64,000 nt of DNA, taken from NCBI GenBank assembly GCA_043747615.1, contig JAYTOU010000042.1, forward strand, positions 32,001 to 96,000, in the 5' to 3' direction. Below are positions 1-11,400 of the stretch, in pieces. A program made the position numbers and the translations under genes. The stretch is from Myxococcales bacterium. Its GTDB lineage: Bacteria > Myxococcota_A > Polyangia > Polyangiales > Polyangiaceae. Position 1 is the first letter of the stretch, and each line of letters starts with the position of its first letter. The notes under the pieces were generated by a model. That model worked only from the letters and a program-made list of their open reading frames with translations, made no database searches and was not told the origin of the DNA.

Positions 1-126
1 ATGCCGGGGCTTCGCCGATCGCGTTCGTTTCCGGCTCTCTTCGTCTGACGGCGGTCATCGCGTCGGAGAAGCTCGCCGTCGCCCAGCGCGCTCTTCACGC
101 TATTTTCGTTCGAGAGAGCTAAGGGC

Positions 127-777
127 TCATCCACCTCGCCGGGCGATGGCGGCGAAGGCCTTCCGCGGGCCGCGCTCATCCGGCGGAGCCACCACGGGAT
201 CTGCGGGACCGATCACGATCTGCAGCGCGCGCACCGTCGTTCGAGCGACGCCAGCGATCCCCGGATCGCCTGCCAGGATGAGGATCCGTCGCCACACCGC
301 GAGCTGCGCGGGGGCGCGGCCGTCGGCGGCATACCAACCTGCCAGCTCTCGCAGCGCGGGGATGGCAGAGGGCTCTTTGCTCACGTAGGCCTCGAGGTCC
401 TGGGCCGCTTCGTCATGCCAACCGAGGAGCCTTCGCACCCGCGCCCTTGCGTAGAGCAGCGAGTACTCCGACGGGACGTGAGCAAGCGCAACGGAGAAGA
501 CGCGCTCCGCCTCCCGGAAATCGCCGAGGCGCGCCCGAAGCCCGCCAAGCCCGAGGTAGCACTCCGCGCAGCTCGCATCGAGGGCGACCGCGTCTGTGTA
601 GCGCTTGAGCGCCAGGTCCTCTTCGTGCGCTGCTTCGTGGGCGCGCGCCTCGCGAACGAGCTCGTCAACCGTGCTCGACGCCCGAACCTCGAAATGCACG
701 AGCATCAGCAGCCCCGCCACGAGACCCGAACGAAGGTGTCGCGTGGTGTTCGCCCTCCGTCGCCTGGCGGGCTGCAT
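127..777 (-). CDS. Tetratricopeptide repeat protein, probably exported
   Basis: Hydrophobic N-terminal segment (GLVAGLLMLVHF) followed by TPR-like helices (AECYLGLGGLRARLGDFREAERVF; LLYARARVRRLLGWHDEAAQDL); 25 bp downstream of typA on the same strand. Confidence 0.75.
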   Translation of the reverse strand: MQPARRRRANTTRHLRSGLVAGLLMLVHFEVRASSTVDELVREARAHEAAHEEDLALKRYTDAVALDASCAECYLGLGGLRARLGDFREAERVFSVALAHVPSEYSLLYARARVRRLLGWHDEAAQDLEAYVSKEPSAIPALRELAGWYAADGRAPAQLAVWRRILILAGDPGIAGVARTTVRALQIVIGPADPVVAPPDERGPRKAFAAIARRGG

Positions 778-802
778 CGGTGTCTACGAAAGATACGAAC
801 GG

Positions 803-2671
803 CTAGGAGTCGACGGACTGCGCGTCTTCGATCGCCACGGATCGGCTCGAGCGTAGGTTGATCTTGAGCATCTGCTTGCGAACGCGAACGGCGTCTGGGG
901 TGACCTCGACGAGCTCGTCGGCGTCGATCCATTCCATGGCGGTTTCGATGTTGAGCGTACGGGGAACGGCGAGGGCGGTGTTCTCGTCCTTGCCGTGGTT
1001 ACGCACGTTCGTGAGCTTCTTTTCCTTGATCGCGTTTACGTCGGCGTCATTCGGGCGGTTGTGCTCGCCGATGATCATGCCCTCGTAGACTTCGCAGCCT
1101 GGGCTGAGGAAGAATTGCCCGCGGGCCTGAAGGTGGTTGAGCGCGTATGGGGTCGACGTGCCCTGGCGATCGGAGACGAGAGCGCCGCACTGTCGCTTCA
1201 TCATCGTGCCGCCCCACGGCTCCCAGCCGTCGAACATGGTGTTGAGGAGCCCGGTGCCGCGCGTGGAGGTGAGGAACTCGCCACGGAATCCGATGAGGCC
1301 GCGGGAAGGCACGCGGTATTCGAGTCGCGCGCGTCCGAAGCCGGGGTTGGACATCTTCACCATCTTGCCGCGGCGCTCGCCGAGACGCTGGGTGACGACG
1401 CCGATGAATCCGTCGGGAACGTCGACCACGACGAGCTCGATCGGCTCACAGAGGACTTCGTCGACCACCTTGGTAATGACCTCGGGGTTGCCGAGCTGCA
1501 TCTCATAGCCTTCGCGCCGCATTTGCTCGACGAGGATCGCCAGCTGAAGCTCTCCGCGTCCGAGCATCGTGAAGGTGTCGGGCGTCTCCGTCTCTTCGAG
1601 GCGAACCGCGAGATTTCGACGGCATTCGCGCTCGAGACGCTCACGGAGCTGACGGCTGGTGAGGAACTTCGACGCCTTGCACTTTCCGGCAAAGGGCGAG
1701 GTGTTGACCCCGATCTTCATCTTCAATGTGGGCTGCTCGACGTGGATGCGGGGAAGCGCGCGCGTCTCCCAGCCGGGCGACAGATCGACGATCGTGTCGC
1801 CGACGTAGATTTCTTCGATGCCGGCGATCGCCACGAGCTCGCCCGCGGCGGCTTCGGTGGTCGACGTTCGCTTCAAGCCTTCGAAGGTAGAGAGGACCTT
1901 GATGGTCCCCTTCAACATCGCGCCGTCCTTGAGGACGCCGACGGCCTGGTTGGCCTTCACGGTGCCGGCGACGATGCGTCCGACCGCCAGACGACCGGTG
2001 TAGTCGTCGTGATCGAGGTTGTTGACCAGGATCTGAAGCGGTTTAGTTGGGTCACCCGGCGCCGGGGGGATTTTGTCGACGATGAGCTGGAAGAGCGGGC
2101 CGAGATCTTTGCCCTCGTCCTCCATGTTCATCTTGGCCATCCCGATCTTTCCGATCGCGTAAATGACTGGAAAGTCCATCTGGGCGTCGCTTGCCTGGAG
2201 GTCGCAGAAGAGATCGAAGATCTCGTTCAGGACGTCGTCGGGGCGGGCGTCGGAGCGGTCGATCTTGTTGATGACCACGATGATCGGAAAACCGAGCTCG
2301 AGGCACTTGCGGAGCACGAAGCGCGTCTGCGGGAGCGGCCCCTCGGCGGCGTCGACGAGCAGGAGCGCGCCATCGGCCATGAGCAGCGTGCGCTCGACCT
2401 CGCCACCGAAGTCGGCGTGGCCCGGCGTGTCGACGATGTTGATCTTGATCGTCTCTTTCGCACCCGGCGGCTTCCAGCGGACGCTGGTATTTTTTGCGAG
2501 AATCGTGATTCCACGCTCGCGCTCGAGGTCGTTCGAGTCCATGACCCGATCGACCATGACCTCGTTGTCGCGGAAGGTTCCAGCCTGGCGAAGCATGTAG
2601 TCGACCAGCGTTGTTTTGCCATGGTCGACGTGCGCCACGATCGCGATGTTCCTAAGTGTTTCTACAGCCAT
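803..2671 (-). CDS. typA: Translational GTPase TypA/BipA
   Basis: LRNIAIVAHVDHGKTTLVD, DSNDLERERGITILAK, DTPGHADFGGEVER, NKID, GRGELQLAILVEQMRREGYE and the C-terminal DELVEVTP motif. Confidence 0.98.
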   Translation of the reverse strand: MAVETLRNIAIVAHVDHGKTTLVDYMLRQAGTFRDNEVMVDRVMDSNDLERERGITILAKNTSVRWKPPGAKETIKINIVDTPGHADFGGEVERTLLMADGALLLVDAAEGPLPQTRFVLRKCLELGFPIIVVINKIDRSDARPDDVLNEIFDLFCDLQASDAQMDFPVIYAIGKIGMAKMNMEDEGKDLGPLFQLIVDKIPPAPGDPTKPLQILVNNLDHDDYTGRLAVGRIVAGTVKANQAVGVLKDGAMLKGTIKVLSTFEGLKRTSTTEAAAGELVAIAGIEEIYVGDTIVDLSPGWETRALPRIHVEQPTLKMKIGVNTSPFAGKCKASKFLTSRQLRERLERECRRNLAVRLEETETPDTFTMLGRGELQLAILVEQMRREGYEMQLGNPEVITKVVDEVLCEPIELVVVDVPDGFIGVVTQRLGERRGKMVKMSNPGFGRARLEYRVPSRGLIGFRGEFLTSTRGTGLLNTMFDGWEPWGGTMMKRQCGALVSDRQGTSTPYALNHLQARGQFFLSPGCEVYEGMIIGEHNRPNDADVNAIKEKKLTNVRNHGKDENTALAVPRTLNIETAMEWIDADELVEVTPDAVRVRKQMLKINLRSSRSVAIEDAQSVDS

Positions 2672-2860
2672 ATTGGGCGTCTCAATAGCTTCTGGGGCTC
2701 ATCTAAGCAAGGCGCTCGTCGTAGGCAGGGCCCGACAGAGGTGTCCCTGCGGGGCTGCCCCACACGCATACGACAGCCTTTTTTCCCAGTGGAGCGCAGG
2801 CGCGCGTGTTCATCGGCCCGCCTCTTCGATTCGTCCGGAAGCTTAGGTGCCGGGGGGAGG

Positions 2861-5800
2861 TTACTTCAGTCCAGACCGCGCACGGGCTTCGGCGTACGCA
2901 TCGCTGACGGAGTAGGCGATGATCTCTTTGGCCTCGGCGATGCGCCCGATCCAGCCCGCGCGCTGTTCGGCGTCGCTTGGTGCGCCTTCCCGAAGCCCGT
3001 TCGCCCACGCGATGCCGTCGAGCGCTGCGCTCGGATTTCCCACGACTAACAGAGCAGCACGATCGGCCCACGTGAGCACCAACGGACCGAGCGCCAGGGT
3101 CTGGGTTCCGACCGCACCCGCCACCTCGAGGGCCATGATCCCGACGTCCGGATCGAGACGCCGGGGAAGCGCCGCTTGCAGGCGACGCGATACGTCGGTC
3201 ATGGCCGTCGGATTGATGCCCTGCGGAGCCCAGCTCGGATTGAAGAGCTGGAGCCACGCGGCGATGAGCACCGGCAGATCCTTGGGCGGCGTGCGCATCA
3301 CGGCCGACGCGTGCGCCTGAATGAGCTTGATGGCGCGCGCGAGGAGAAAGGTGCGCGCGGCGACGTTGGGCGTGGTGAGGAGCGACTCGCCGAGGACGAG
3401 CGTCGGAGGGTTGGAGCTTGCCGGGAGGCAGGTTTGCCCGAGCTGCGAGGAGACGAAAATCTGGATCCCTGGAACGCCCATTCCCGCCGCGAGCTGCTGG
3501 ATCGCGGGCTGAAGCGGCGAGCCATGTTGGAGGGGTGCGGCACGGAGAGCTCTAAAATCAAGGGGAACAGCGCTATCGAGCGCGTCCCCGGTCTTCGACA
3601 GGAGCGCCCGCAGCGCAGGCGTGACGAGCTCGGGAGCAAGCAAATCATCGAGCCGGGGATCTCCACCCCGGGCGTCGGCGCCGCTGATCTGCACGGGCTC
3701 ACCCGTGAACGCGGCGAGGGCAGCGGAAACCGCGCGGGCAGCATCACTCTTTCCACGAAGGTCGTAGACTGCAGCCATCATCTCGAAGAGAGCAGGCCCG
3801 AAGCGGCCCGCGGCAAGGGCGCGTCGGGCATCCGCTGCAGCGCGATCGAGCAGGATGTGCACGGCAGGCATCTGCTTCTGGCGGATGTAGAACTCGGCGA
3901 GCGCGCGAAGGACGCCTACGTCAGTCGGAAATTCCCGCCGTGCCGTTTCGAGTGTCTGCTCCGCTTTTCGTAGGTCGTGCGACGTGGTCTCGAAGATGCT
4001 CGAGAGCTCGATCAGGCGCTTGCGCCGCGTGGCGGGATCCCACACCTTGCCGAGAAGGTGCTGCTGGGCTTCGATGGCGCGCGCGGGATCGTTCATGCGC
4101 TTGTAGAGATCGACGAGGCGCTCCATCGACGCAAAATCGTCGGGGCTGCGCTTGAGAACTTCTTTGAACGCCAGCTCTGCGCGCGCGAGATTCACGGCGT
4201 GAACGGAGTACAGCTCTCCGAGGCGAGCATAGACGGCGCGCTGCTCGTCGGGGGTCGCCAGAAGGCGCGCTAGCCTGACCCAGGCTTGCTCCGCGGCGTC
4301 CCAGTCGCCTCCGGCCGCACACAGATCGCCGAATGCGCTGAGCGCGTCGGTGTGGTCGGGCTGAAGGGCCAGCGCCGCTTCGAGTGCCGCGCGTGCGCCG
4401 GCGGGATCGCCCACTTCGGCGAGAACGCGTCCGCGCTGAACTTCGAGGGCAAGGCGTTCGTCCGGATCGGTGATGCTGCCGACGCGATGCTCGAGAAGCA
4501 GGGCGAGCTCGGCACGCGAGCCGCGCTGCACGTAGAGGGCGGAGAGGCGAGCGAAGACGTCGGCGAAGGAAATGTCGAGGCTCGCTGCCTGCTCGAAGGC
4601 CGCGATACCCCGGTCGTCATCAATGACGTCGTCAATCCAGATCCGGCCCGCGTCGAACCAGGCGCCGAGCTGGTGCTCACGGACGAGGCTGGTGCGCGCC
4701 ACGCTTTCCAGAGCCTCTGCAGCCCCGCGTGGATCGCCGGCGGTCTTGCGAGCCTCGGCTACGAGAGTCCATGTAGCGACGTCCCCGGCGTCCTCGCCGG
4801 CGGCGCGATCGAGGAGCTCGCGAGCTTCATCGAGCTTGCCGAGGCGCGTGGCCGCCTCCGCCGCTCGCACGAGGAGAGTCGCCACTTCGGCGGGGCGAGT
4901 GGCTCGCTGGACTAGGGCGAGCGTCGACTCGTACTGGGTAAGATTGTCGCCTTGTACGCGGGCGTGCGCGTTGTGGAGGCGAAGCGCCCAGATCGCCGGA
5001 TCGGGCTGAGATCTCCCGAGCTCAGCGAGATCGCGCGTACCGTCCCAGTCCCCCGCACGCATCCGCAACCGCGCTGCCAGCCCGGCGTGGGCGCTGCACT
5101 CGCCGCCGGCAGAGCCTTCGAGGGCGCGCGCGATGGCCGCCATGACCGGCTCGATCTCATCGTCCCGCCCGTCGCCCACGAGCGCATGCTCGACATGACG
5201 CAAGCTCGGTTTGTGATCCGGGGTTTCATCGAGGATCGTCCGATGCCAGAGGAGAGCGCTCCCTGCGTCACTTCGACCGCGCGCGTCTAGATCGGCTAGC
5301 CGCTCGTAGGCTTCGCGGCGCACCGTGGGATCCTCGGCTTCACGAGCTTGGGCGAGAAGCTCGTCGGCAAGACGGGCGACCGAGCCCGCCACGATTTCCG
5401 TGCGTTCGAGGACGATCCGTTCGAGCCCCCCGGTTGCACCCGCAGCAGCGGCCGTCGCCGCCCGGACCGCGCCTTCTTTGTCGCCGACCCGCTCGTATTC
5501 GTGTGCCGCTTCGAGCAACAGCGCGTTTCTCGCCGCTCCCGTCGCCGACGCAGCGCGTTTCTCGCGCCACGCTGCGCCATCGGTCAGAGGCTCCGCGGCG
5601 ATCCGTTCGTAGAGCTCACGGAGCGCGACGTCGTCGGGGCGGGCGCGGTGGGCCTCTTCCAGCCGATCGCTCGCGAGCTTGGTGTCGCTGTCCGCAACGA
5701 GCAACGCTTCCCGCACGCCGTCGAGCGCGGCTTCAAGCGGATCTTGGGTCGCCGCTCGTCGCTCGCGTATCCATCGAAGCACCACCTCGACGGCTCCCGT

Positions 5801-8419
5801 GCGCCTGGCGATGCGCTCAGAGATGAAACCGGCGATCGGCAACGTGGGGTCGGCGCGGTGGGCCTGCTCGAGGGAATCTAGCTTGGTTGCGTCCTCGGCA
5901 TCCGCCGCCCGCTCTACGGCCTCGAGGCGCGCAACCGCTCCGCGAACGCCGTCACCAAGAGCGTCCGCCATCGCGTTGAGCTCGGTGGTCAAGTCGACTC
6001 CGGGGTCGAGGCTGGAAAGAGCGCGCATCGCGGGCTCGTGCGTCTTGTCTGCGTCGCGCACCGCGCCGTACGCCATCGTGGCACGGGTTCGGTCGTTCGC
6101 ACGCTCGGCGATGAGGGCCGCCGCAAGGTTTCGATCGTTCGGCGCGTTTCCTTCCGGACCGCCTTCCCAGGCCGCGAGCGCATCACTTACATCGCCGAGA
6201 CGACCTTGGGCCCGCATCTGGTCGAGGCCGAGCGCGCGTTTCGTACCGCCATCTGGGAGCGCGGCGAAGATCGGCTCGAGTAGAGCGTGATTGGCACGCC
6301 CCGCCATCATCCGACCAAGCCGAACCGCAGTGCGTGAAGTCTCGATTCCCGCGACGCGCTCGGCTCGGCTGCCGAGATTTTCGGTGGTTGCAGTCGACAT
6401 GCCGGCAGCAGCTGCGACGAGGGGCGCCATGTCGTGTGCATCGCTGTCCGCGGAAGGCATGAGCGCGAGGATCGCGCCTTCCAGGTCCCGCGTTTTCTCG
6501 CGCGAAAGCAGCGTGAGGACGACGCGCTCGGCCGGAGAGAACGCATCCGCCGACTGCATTGCCGCGCTGAGCAAGGTCTCGTCACCGAGCTCGATTCCGC
6601 GGGCTGCGAGCGCGCGCCGTGCCGCGGAGTGATGAAGCGTCTTCAGCAGGTCCCCAGACGTCGCGCGAGATTCCTGGCGGCTCGCCGCGAGGGCCGCCGA
6701 GAGCCACACCGCTGCGCCCGAGAGCTCGGCCACGGCCTGGAGCTCGAGGATCGCTACAGCGGCCTTGGGGACTTCACCCTTCGCGAGCGCCTGACGTGCA
6801 CGGCGAATCGAGTCGTTGGGCACGAAGGCGAGCTCAGTCGCCGCGCCGGCTTCACCGCGCTCAGTCGCCGCGCCGGCTTCACCTGCGCCTCGCAGACGCG
6901 TAACAAGCGCAACCGCTTCGGCGATGGAAGGCGATTGAGCTGCGGAGATGCGCAATGACGCGCTCGCGAGATCGTCCTCCGAGAGCGCGGTGACGGCGCG
7001 GCCGAGGAGCACGCGTGCGTCCGTGGGGGCAAGTCCGAAAGCCTGCTCGAGGCGCGCTTTCAGCCCGGCCGTGTCCCCAGCAGCGCGCACGGCAACGGCG
7101 GCGACAAGCACCTCGTGCACGTTGGCGACGGCCGACAGTGATCCGACGAGCGCCGCATCGACCGCTTCGCCGATCGCCGTCGCATCATCGAAAGGAATCA
7201 GTCCGCGTACCTGGCGGTGCGTGAGCACGACGTCCGAGGCGAGCGTTCGTGCTTCGCGAGCGAGCGCTGCAGCGATTTCTTTTTCGCCGAGGATTGCCCG
7301 TATCTCACTCACCGCGAGCAAGCCTCGCGCTGTCGGCGCGGCGTCCGTTTGGGCACGAGCTTCGCTCTCAAGCCATGTCGCGCGCTCGCTCATGGCCGCG
7401 CGCGCGGCGTCGGTCAGCCACGATTCGGCTGGTTTCTCGCCTACCAATGGCTCCGCGCTGATGGTCTCGCCCACCATGGGCGGGAGCTCGTCCGGCTCTT
7501 CTCGGGAGTTTTCTGGGGAGTCTTCTGGCGAGTTTTCTGGGGCTGCTTCGTCGAGCTCCTCGATCTCACCGAGCTCACCGAGTTGCTCCAGCTCCTCCAG
7601 CTCGGCGAGCGCCGCGGCTTCTTCGCTCGCGGCCTCGGCCTCGGCGCTCGTAGCGGGCATGCCTGCCGTCGGACTCGCGTGCGCGGCCACGCTTTGGGCG
7701 ATCGCGTCCACGTCGAAGGTCGACGTCTCGTCATCCGGATCGTGGTTGCGCGTATCGGGTGCGAGCAACATGGGGCCGGTGACGCCGGCCGCTGTGTCGG
7801 CATCGGTCGTTGACGCCGGGGGATCTAGCACTTGCTCGCGGGTCGGCGGCGGCCTGGGCGGCTGCACTCTCGCGACCGGCCGTGGGACGGATGGCGCCGC
7901 TACAGGCACTACAGGCGCGACGGGCTCGGGGCCCGGCGGTGGGAACACAGTCGGGAGTGACTCGTCGGCGCCGGCCGCCTTAGTTTGCTCGTATTCGTCC
8001 GAGAGCGTTTGGCGCTCGGGCTTCGCGCCCTCGACGAGGAGCATGTCGATCGCGTCGTCTTCTGCTCGCGATTTTTCCGGTTTGTCCGGGCGTCCGAAGA
8101 GCTGTCGCAAACCGCCCTTCGCGCCGGCGGGGGCACCTCGCGGCGGGATCACCGGGAGATGGGAGATGCGCGTGACGTCGGCGCCCGACTCGGACGTGTC
8201 AACCGGCTGCACGACGGGCGGCGGCGGCCGGTAGAGCGCGCGCGTCGAAGGGGCAGGCGTTCCTTCGAGGACGTGGGGCCGCTGAGTTTGCCGATCCTTT
8301 GCGACCTCCGGCTCGAAGCCTTTGTCCCACTGATCGAGCGCGGCGTCCCAATCGAACTCGTCGTCGCCGCTCTTCTTGCCCGGGTTTTTGTCGTCCTTCT
8401 TGTCGCCGGAGTCGCTCAT
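2861..8419 (-). CDS. Giant TPR-repeat protein (1852 aa), myxobacterial motility/AgmK-like type
   Basis: Acidic/Pro-rich disordered N-terminus, long Ala/Leu/Glu/Arg-rich TPR array, C-terminal domain ending ADRAALLVVGNP...YAEARARSGLK; start overlaps the upstream stop (ATGA). Confidence 0.8.
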   Translation of the reverse strand: MSDSGDKKDDKNPGKKSGDDEFDWDAALDQWDKGFEPEVAKDRQTQRPHVLEGTPAPSTRALYRPPPPVVQPVDTSESGADVTRISHLPVIPPRGAPAGAKGGLRQLFGRPDKPEKSRAEDDAIDMLLVEGAKPERQTLSDEYEQTKAAGADESLPTVFPPPGPEPVAPVVPVAAPSVPRPVARVQPPRPPPTREQVLDPPASTTDADTAAGVTGPMLLAPDTRNHDPDDETSTFDVDAIAQSVAAHASPTAGMPATSAEAEAASEEAAALAELEELEQLGELGEIEELDEAAPENSPEDSPENSREEPDELPPMVGETISAEPLVGEKPAESWLTDAARAAMSERATWLESEARAQTDAAPTARGLLAVSEIRAILGEKEIAAALAREARTLASDVVLTHRQVRGLIPFDDATAIGEAVDAALVGSLSAVANVHEVLVAAVAVRAAGDTAGLKARLEQAFGLAPTDARVLLGRAVTALSEDDLASASLRISAAQSPSIAEAVALVTRLRGAGEAGAATERGEAGAATELAFVPNDSIRRARQALAKGEVPKAAVAILELQAVAELSGAAVWLSAALAASRQESRATSGDLLKTLHHSAARRALAARGIELGDETLLSAAMQSADAFSPAERVVLTLLSREKTRDLEGAILALMPSADSDAHDMAPLVAAAAGMSTATTENLGSRAERVAGIETSRTAVRLGRMMAGRANHALLEPIFAALPDGGTKRALGLDQMRAQGRLGDVSDALAAWEGGPEGNAPNDRNLAAALIAERANDRTRATMAYGAVRDADKTHEPAMRALSSLDPGVDLTTELNAMADALGDGVRGAVARLEAVERAADAEDATKLDSLEQAHRADPTLPIAGFISERIARRTGAVEVVLRWIRERRAATQDPLEAALDGVREALLVADSDTKLASDRLEEAHRARPDDVALRELYERIAAEPLTDGAAWREKRAASATGAARNALLLEAAHEYERVGDKEGAVRAATAAAAGATGGLERIVLERTEIVAGSVARLADELLAQAREAEDPTVRREAYERLADLDARGRSDAGSALLWHRTILDETPDHKPSLRHVEHALVGDGRDDEIEPVMAAIARALEGSAGGECSAHAGLAARLRMRAGDWDGTRDLAELGRSQPDPAIWALRLHNAHARVQGDNLTQYESTLALVQRATRPAEVATLLVRAAEAATRLGKLDEARELLDRAAGEDAGDVATWTLVAEARKTAGDPRGAAEALESVARTSLVREHQLGAWFDAGRIWIDDVIDDDRGIAAFEQAASLDISFADVFARLSALYVQRGSRAELALLLEHRVGSITDPDERLALEVQRGRVLAEVGDPAGARAALEAALALQPDHTDALSAFGDLCAAGGDWDAAEQAWVRLARLLATPDEQRAVYARLGELYSVHAVNLARAELAFKEVLKRSPDDFASMERLVDLYKRMNDPARAIEAQQHLLGKVWDPATRRKRLIELSSIFETTSHDLRKAEQTLETARREFPTDVGVLRALAEFYIRQKQMPAVHILLDRAAADARRALAAGRFGPALFEMMAAVYDLRGKSDAARAVSAALAAFTGEPVQISGADARGGDPRLDDLLAPELVTPALRALLSKTGDALDSAVPLDFRALRAAPLQHGSPLQPAIQQLAAGMGVPGIQIFVSSQLGQTCLPASSNPPTLVLGESLLTTPNVAARTFLLARAIKLIQAHASAVMRTPPKDLPVLIAAWLQLFNPSWAPQGINPTAMTDVSRRLQAALPRRLDPDVGIMALEVAGAVGTQTLALGPLVLTWADRAALLVVGNPSAALDGIAWANGLREGAPSDAEQRAGWIGRIAEAKEIIAYSVSDAYAEARARSGLK
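6832..6883. repeat. In-frame tandem duplication with 27-bp period
   Basis: gctcagtcgccgcgccggcttcacc occurs identically at 6832-6856 and 6859-6883; encodes GEAGAATE-R-GEAGAATE. Confidence 0.9.
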
Positions 8420-11400
8420 GACTCTTCCTCGAGGCCGAGCGTTCGACGAAGCTCGATGTAGGACGGCGAGAGCACGAAGCGCACGATTTCGGCAGCGCGC
8501 TCGTCTGACTTTGCGAGCCCGCGTGCCTGCTCGATGGGCGCGCCGAGAAGGTCACTGAGCGTGAACGCCACGTCACCCGAGGCGAGCAGCTGCGCGCGCG
8601 CGAGTGACATCAGCCCCCGCTTCGACCACGCCTTGGCATCTTGTCCGGACGAGACGATCGCCTTGCAAATATCGGGGATCAACTTCTTCGTCTTCCGGGA
8701 GATCGCCTTCGACATCAATTTCTCGACCTCGGCCAAAACAGCGTACGGCGGGGCGTCGACGCGAACGTCGACGATGCGGCAGGCGGCGACCACGATGGCA
8801 GCGATCGTCGTCTCGTCGCGCGAGCGAAGGATGGTCGTGCCCCTCACGAGCCCGCATAGCTCGCGAGCGATGGCTCCGCGGAGGACCGGACTGAGCGGCG
8901 CGTTCGCCCCAGCGCCGACGACGAGCGAGGGGATTTCCCCCGGCACCGCCTGCACGGACTTGGGGTCCTTTCCGCCGACGTAGAGATCGAAGTCGTTGAT
9001 GCCGAAGCACCCCGCCCAACTAGCGATTTCGTTGCGCAGGGCGAGCCCGCTGCGTGCTTCCACCTTGTCGCGTTTGGTCACCCCCAGGCCAGCGAGCGAA
9101 GGCCCGAGAGCTTCTGCGAGCGTCGGGGCGAGGAGCGTGAAGAGCTGCGCGATTGGGCCTTCGTCGCCGGCGGCCAAGAGCGAACGCAGGAGCGGCTCGG
9201 TCATCGCGATCTGCGGAAAGCGCGGCTTGCGCGAGACGAACTGGGCGATCTTCTGCTCGATTTGCGGGGTGCTCTCGCCGATGGCGATCGACGTGGAGAG
9301 CGCGACGTACTCCGTCTCGCCGTGCTTGAGGGCGTGGGCGATCCGAGCGAGCCGCTGGACGACCGCGAGATCGATGGGCTGGGCTTTCAGCTGGAGCAGG
9401 ATGGCATCCTTGGCACGAAGCAGGATCGGCTTGAGCGCAAAGGTGTCCTTCTCTAGCTCGAGCAGCATGTCGAGCGCCTCGCCGTCTCCCGGTGACTCTT
9501 CGAGCAACTTGAGGATGGCTACGGCCGCCCCCCTCGCGTCGTTCAAGCGATCGCGATGGATCGCAATCGACAGGCGCGCGGCCTCGATGCGGCCTTGCGG
9601 CTCGGGACGCTCGTTCATCAACTCTTCGAGAATGGCGGTCGCTTCCTTCCAGCTGCCGACGCGGGCCGCCGCTCGGGCGAGGCGCTCGCGCACGGGCAGG
9701 GTAGAGAGCTTTGCGCGATGCAGAGCGATGAGCACCTCGAGCGCTTTGTCGTACTGATCGAGCTTGTTTTCGTAGAGATCGACGGCAGCGATACCTGCGG
9801 TTACTCGATTCTTCGCCGGCGCCTCACTGATGGTCGCGAGCTTGGCGAGGTTCGTGGCCGCCTCTTCGTACTGGCCGCGACGAATGAAGATCTCGCCGGT
9901 GAGCGCGAGCGCGCCGACATGCTCGGGTTCGATCATCGTGACGTTTTCGAGCGCCGTGAGCGCGCCATCGACGTCACCCTTCTCGCGGAGCACGCGGGCC
10001 TGCTCCCAATAGAGCTTGCCGATCTCCGTCGGGTCTTCGGTGACCTCGAGACGGCGCTCGATGATCGCAAGGAGGCGATCGGCGTCCTTCTTCTCGCGCA
10101 CCCGCCGAAACAACTTGTCGAAGGCGACCGCGCGGTGTGCGTCGCGGGCGAAGCTTGCGTTGAACGCATCTTCGGCCTCTTGCGATTGACCGAGCGCGTT
10201 GCGCAGATGCGCGGCCTCTTCCCAAAATGCCGCGCCTCGGCGCGAATCGGCGCAGCGCGCGCCGAGCTGGGAGGCGGCCCGCGCTTGGAGTGCCTTGTCC
10301 TCGAGCGCCTCCGCAGCGGCGCGAAGACCCTCCCATCCGGCGAGATCTGCGACGTGAGCCTTGGTGACGACGAGAAAGCTTTCTTTTGCCGCCTCGAAAT
10401 CGCCGGCGGCGAGGAGCGACCAGCCCGCGAGGCCGAGAGCGTCGAGTTGCGCGTTGTCTCCGAGGGCGCGGTTGAGAGCACGCAGAGCCGCTGCGCGCCG
10501 ACGCGGGTCGGAGCCCGGAGGCGCGAGGTCTAGATTCACGAGCCGAATGGCGTCGGAATCGCCGGCGATGAGGCCTTGGCTGCCGTGCGCCGCGACGAGG
10601 TTGAGCATGGCTGCGCCCGCCGTGACCGCGTCGCGGGCCTCGCCTTCGAGGACGCTGGCGATCGCTTTCCACGCTTCGACTTCGCGCTCGAACGAGCCCT
10701 CGGACATCGTCGCCGCGACCCACTCGATCCCCGCCGCGAGCCCCGCCCCCGCATCGAACCAGCGCTGCGCAGCCTCGACCGCGAGCGCGGGCTCCGCCTG
10801 TCGTGCTCTTCGCAGCTGCTCGGCCGCGGCGATCTGGCTTGCACCGGCCGCGGCGAGCCGGGCGATGGCTGCGTCCAAGCGCTCCGGATCTTCCGTGCTC
10901 TCCGGCCAAACGAGCCGCGCGAGTGCCCCGGCGGTCGCCAGGTCGCCGTCGGCCTGCTCGAGAACGGAGAGCGCGTCGCGCACCGCGTCGCTGTCGCCAC
11001 CGCAGACCTCCGAGGAAAAGCGTTCGAGGGCGACGCTTCCGGCGTCCTCTCCGCCTTCGATCGCGACGGCGAGCACCCGACGACGGGCTTCGAGCGAGTC
11101 GACATCGACGCCGCGGGCGGCCCACGCGAAGGCGGTCCTGGCGGGCGCCGAAGCCCCTCGTCCAGCAGCTTCGAACGCGTCGAGCGCTGCCTTCCGTTCG
11201 CCGGCCCGCCAGCGTGAGAAGCCTGCCTCGAGGTGGAGCGCGCCGGCGAGCGACGGATCCGTCGTCGCAAGCGCGCACGCGGTGAGGACCTCGGCTGCCG
11301 CAGCGTGGGCTCCGCTCGCCCGCTCGATATCGGCGAGGTACGTCGCCACGATCGGATCAGCGGGTTCTTTTTCGGCGAGCGCCCGAAGCCTGGTCCGCGT

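Noticed and set aside
2721..2761. GC-rich hairpins upstream of typA as a possible leader RNA
   Set aside because: Short GC stems are common at this base composition and match no family I recognise.
995..3049. 684-aa plus-strand ORF, and similar long antisense ORFs (e.g. 19938-21611, 48196-49665, 52718-54277)
   Set aside because: They lie opposite clearly identified genes (typA, dnaG, flavoreductase, leuS) and have no motifs. Such shadow ORFs are expected in high-GC DNA.
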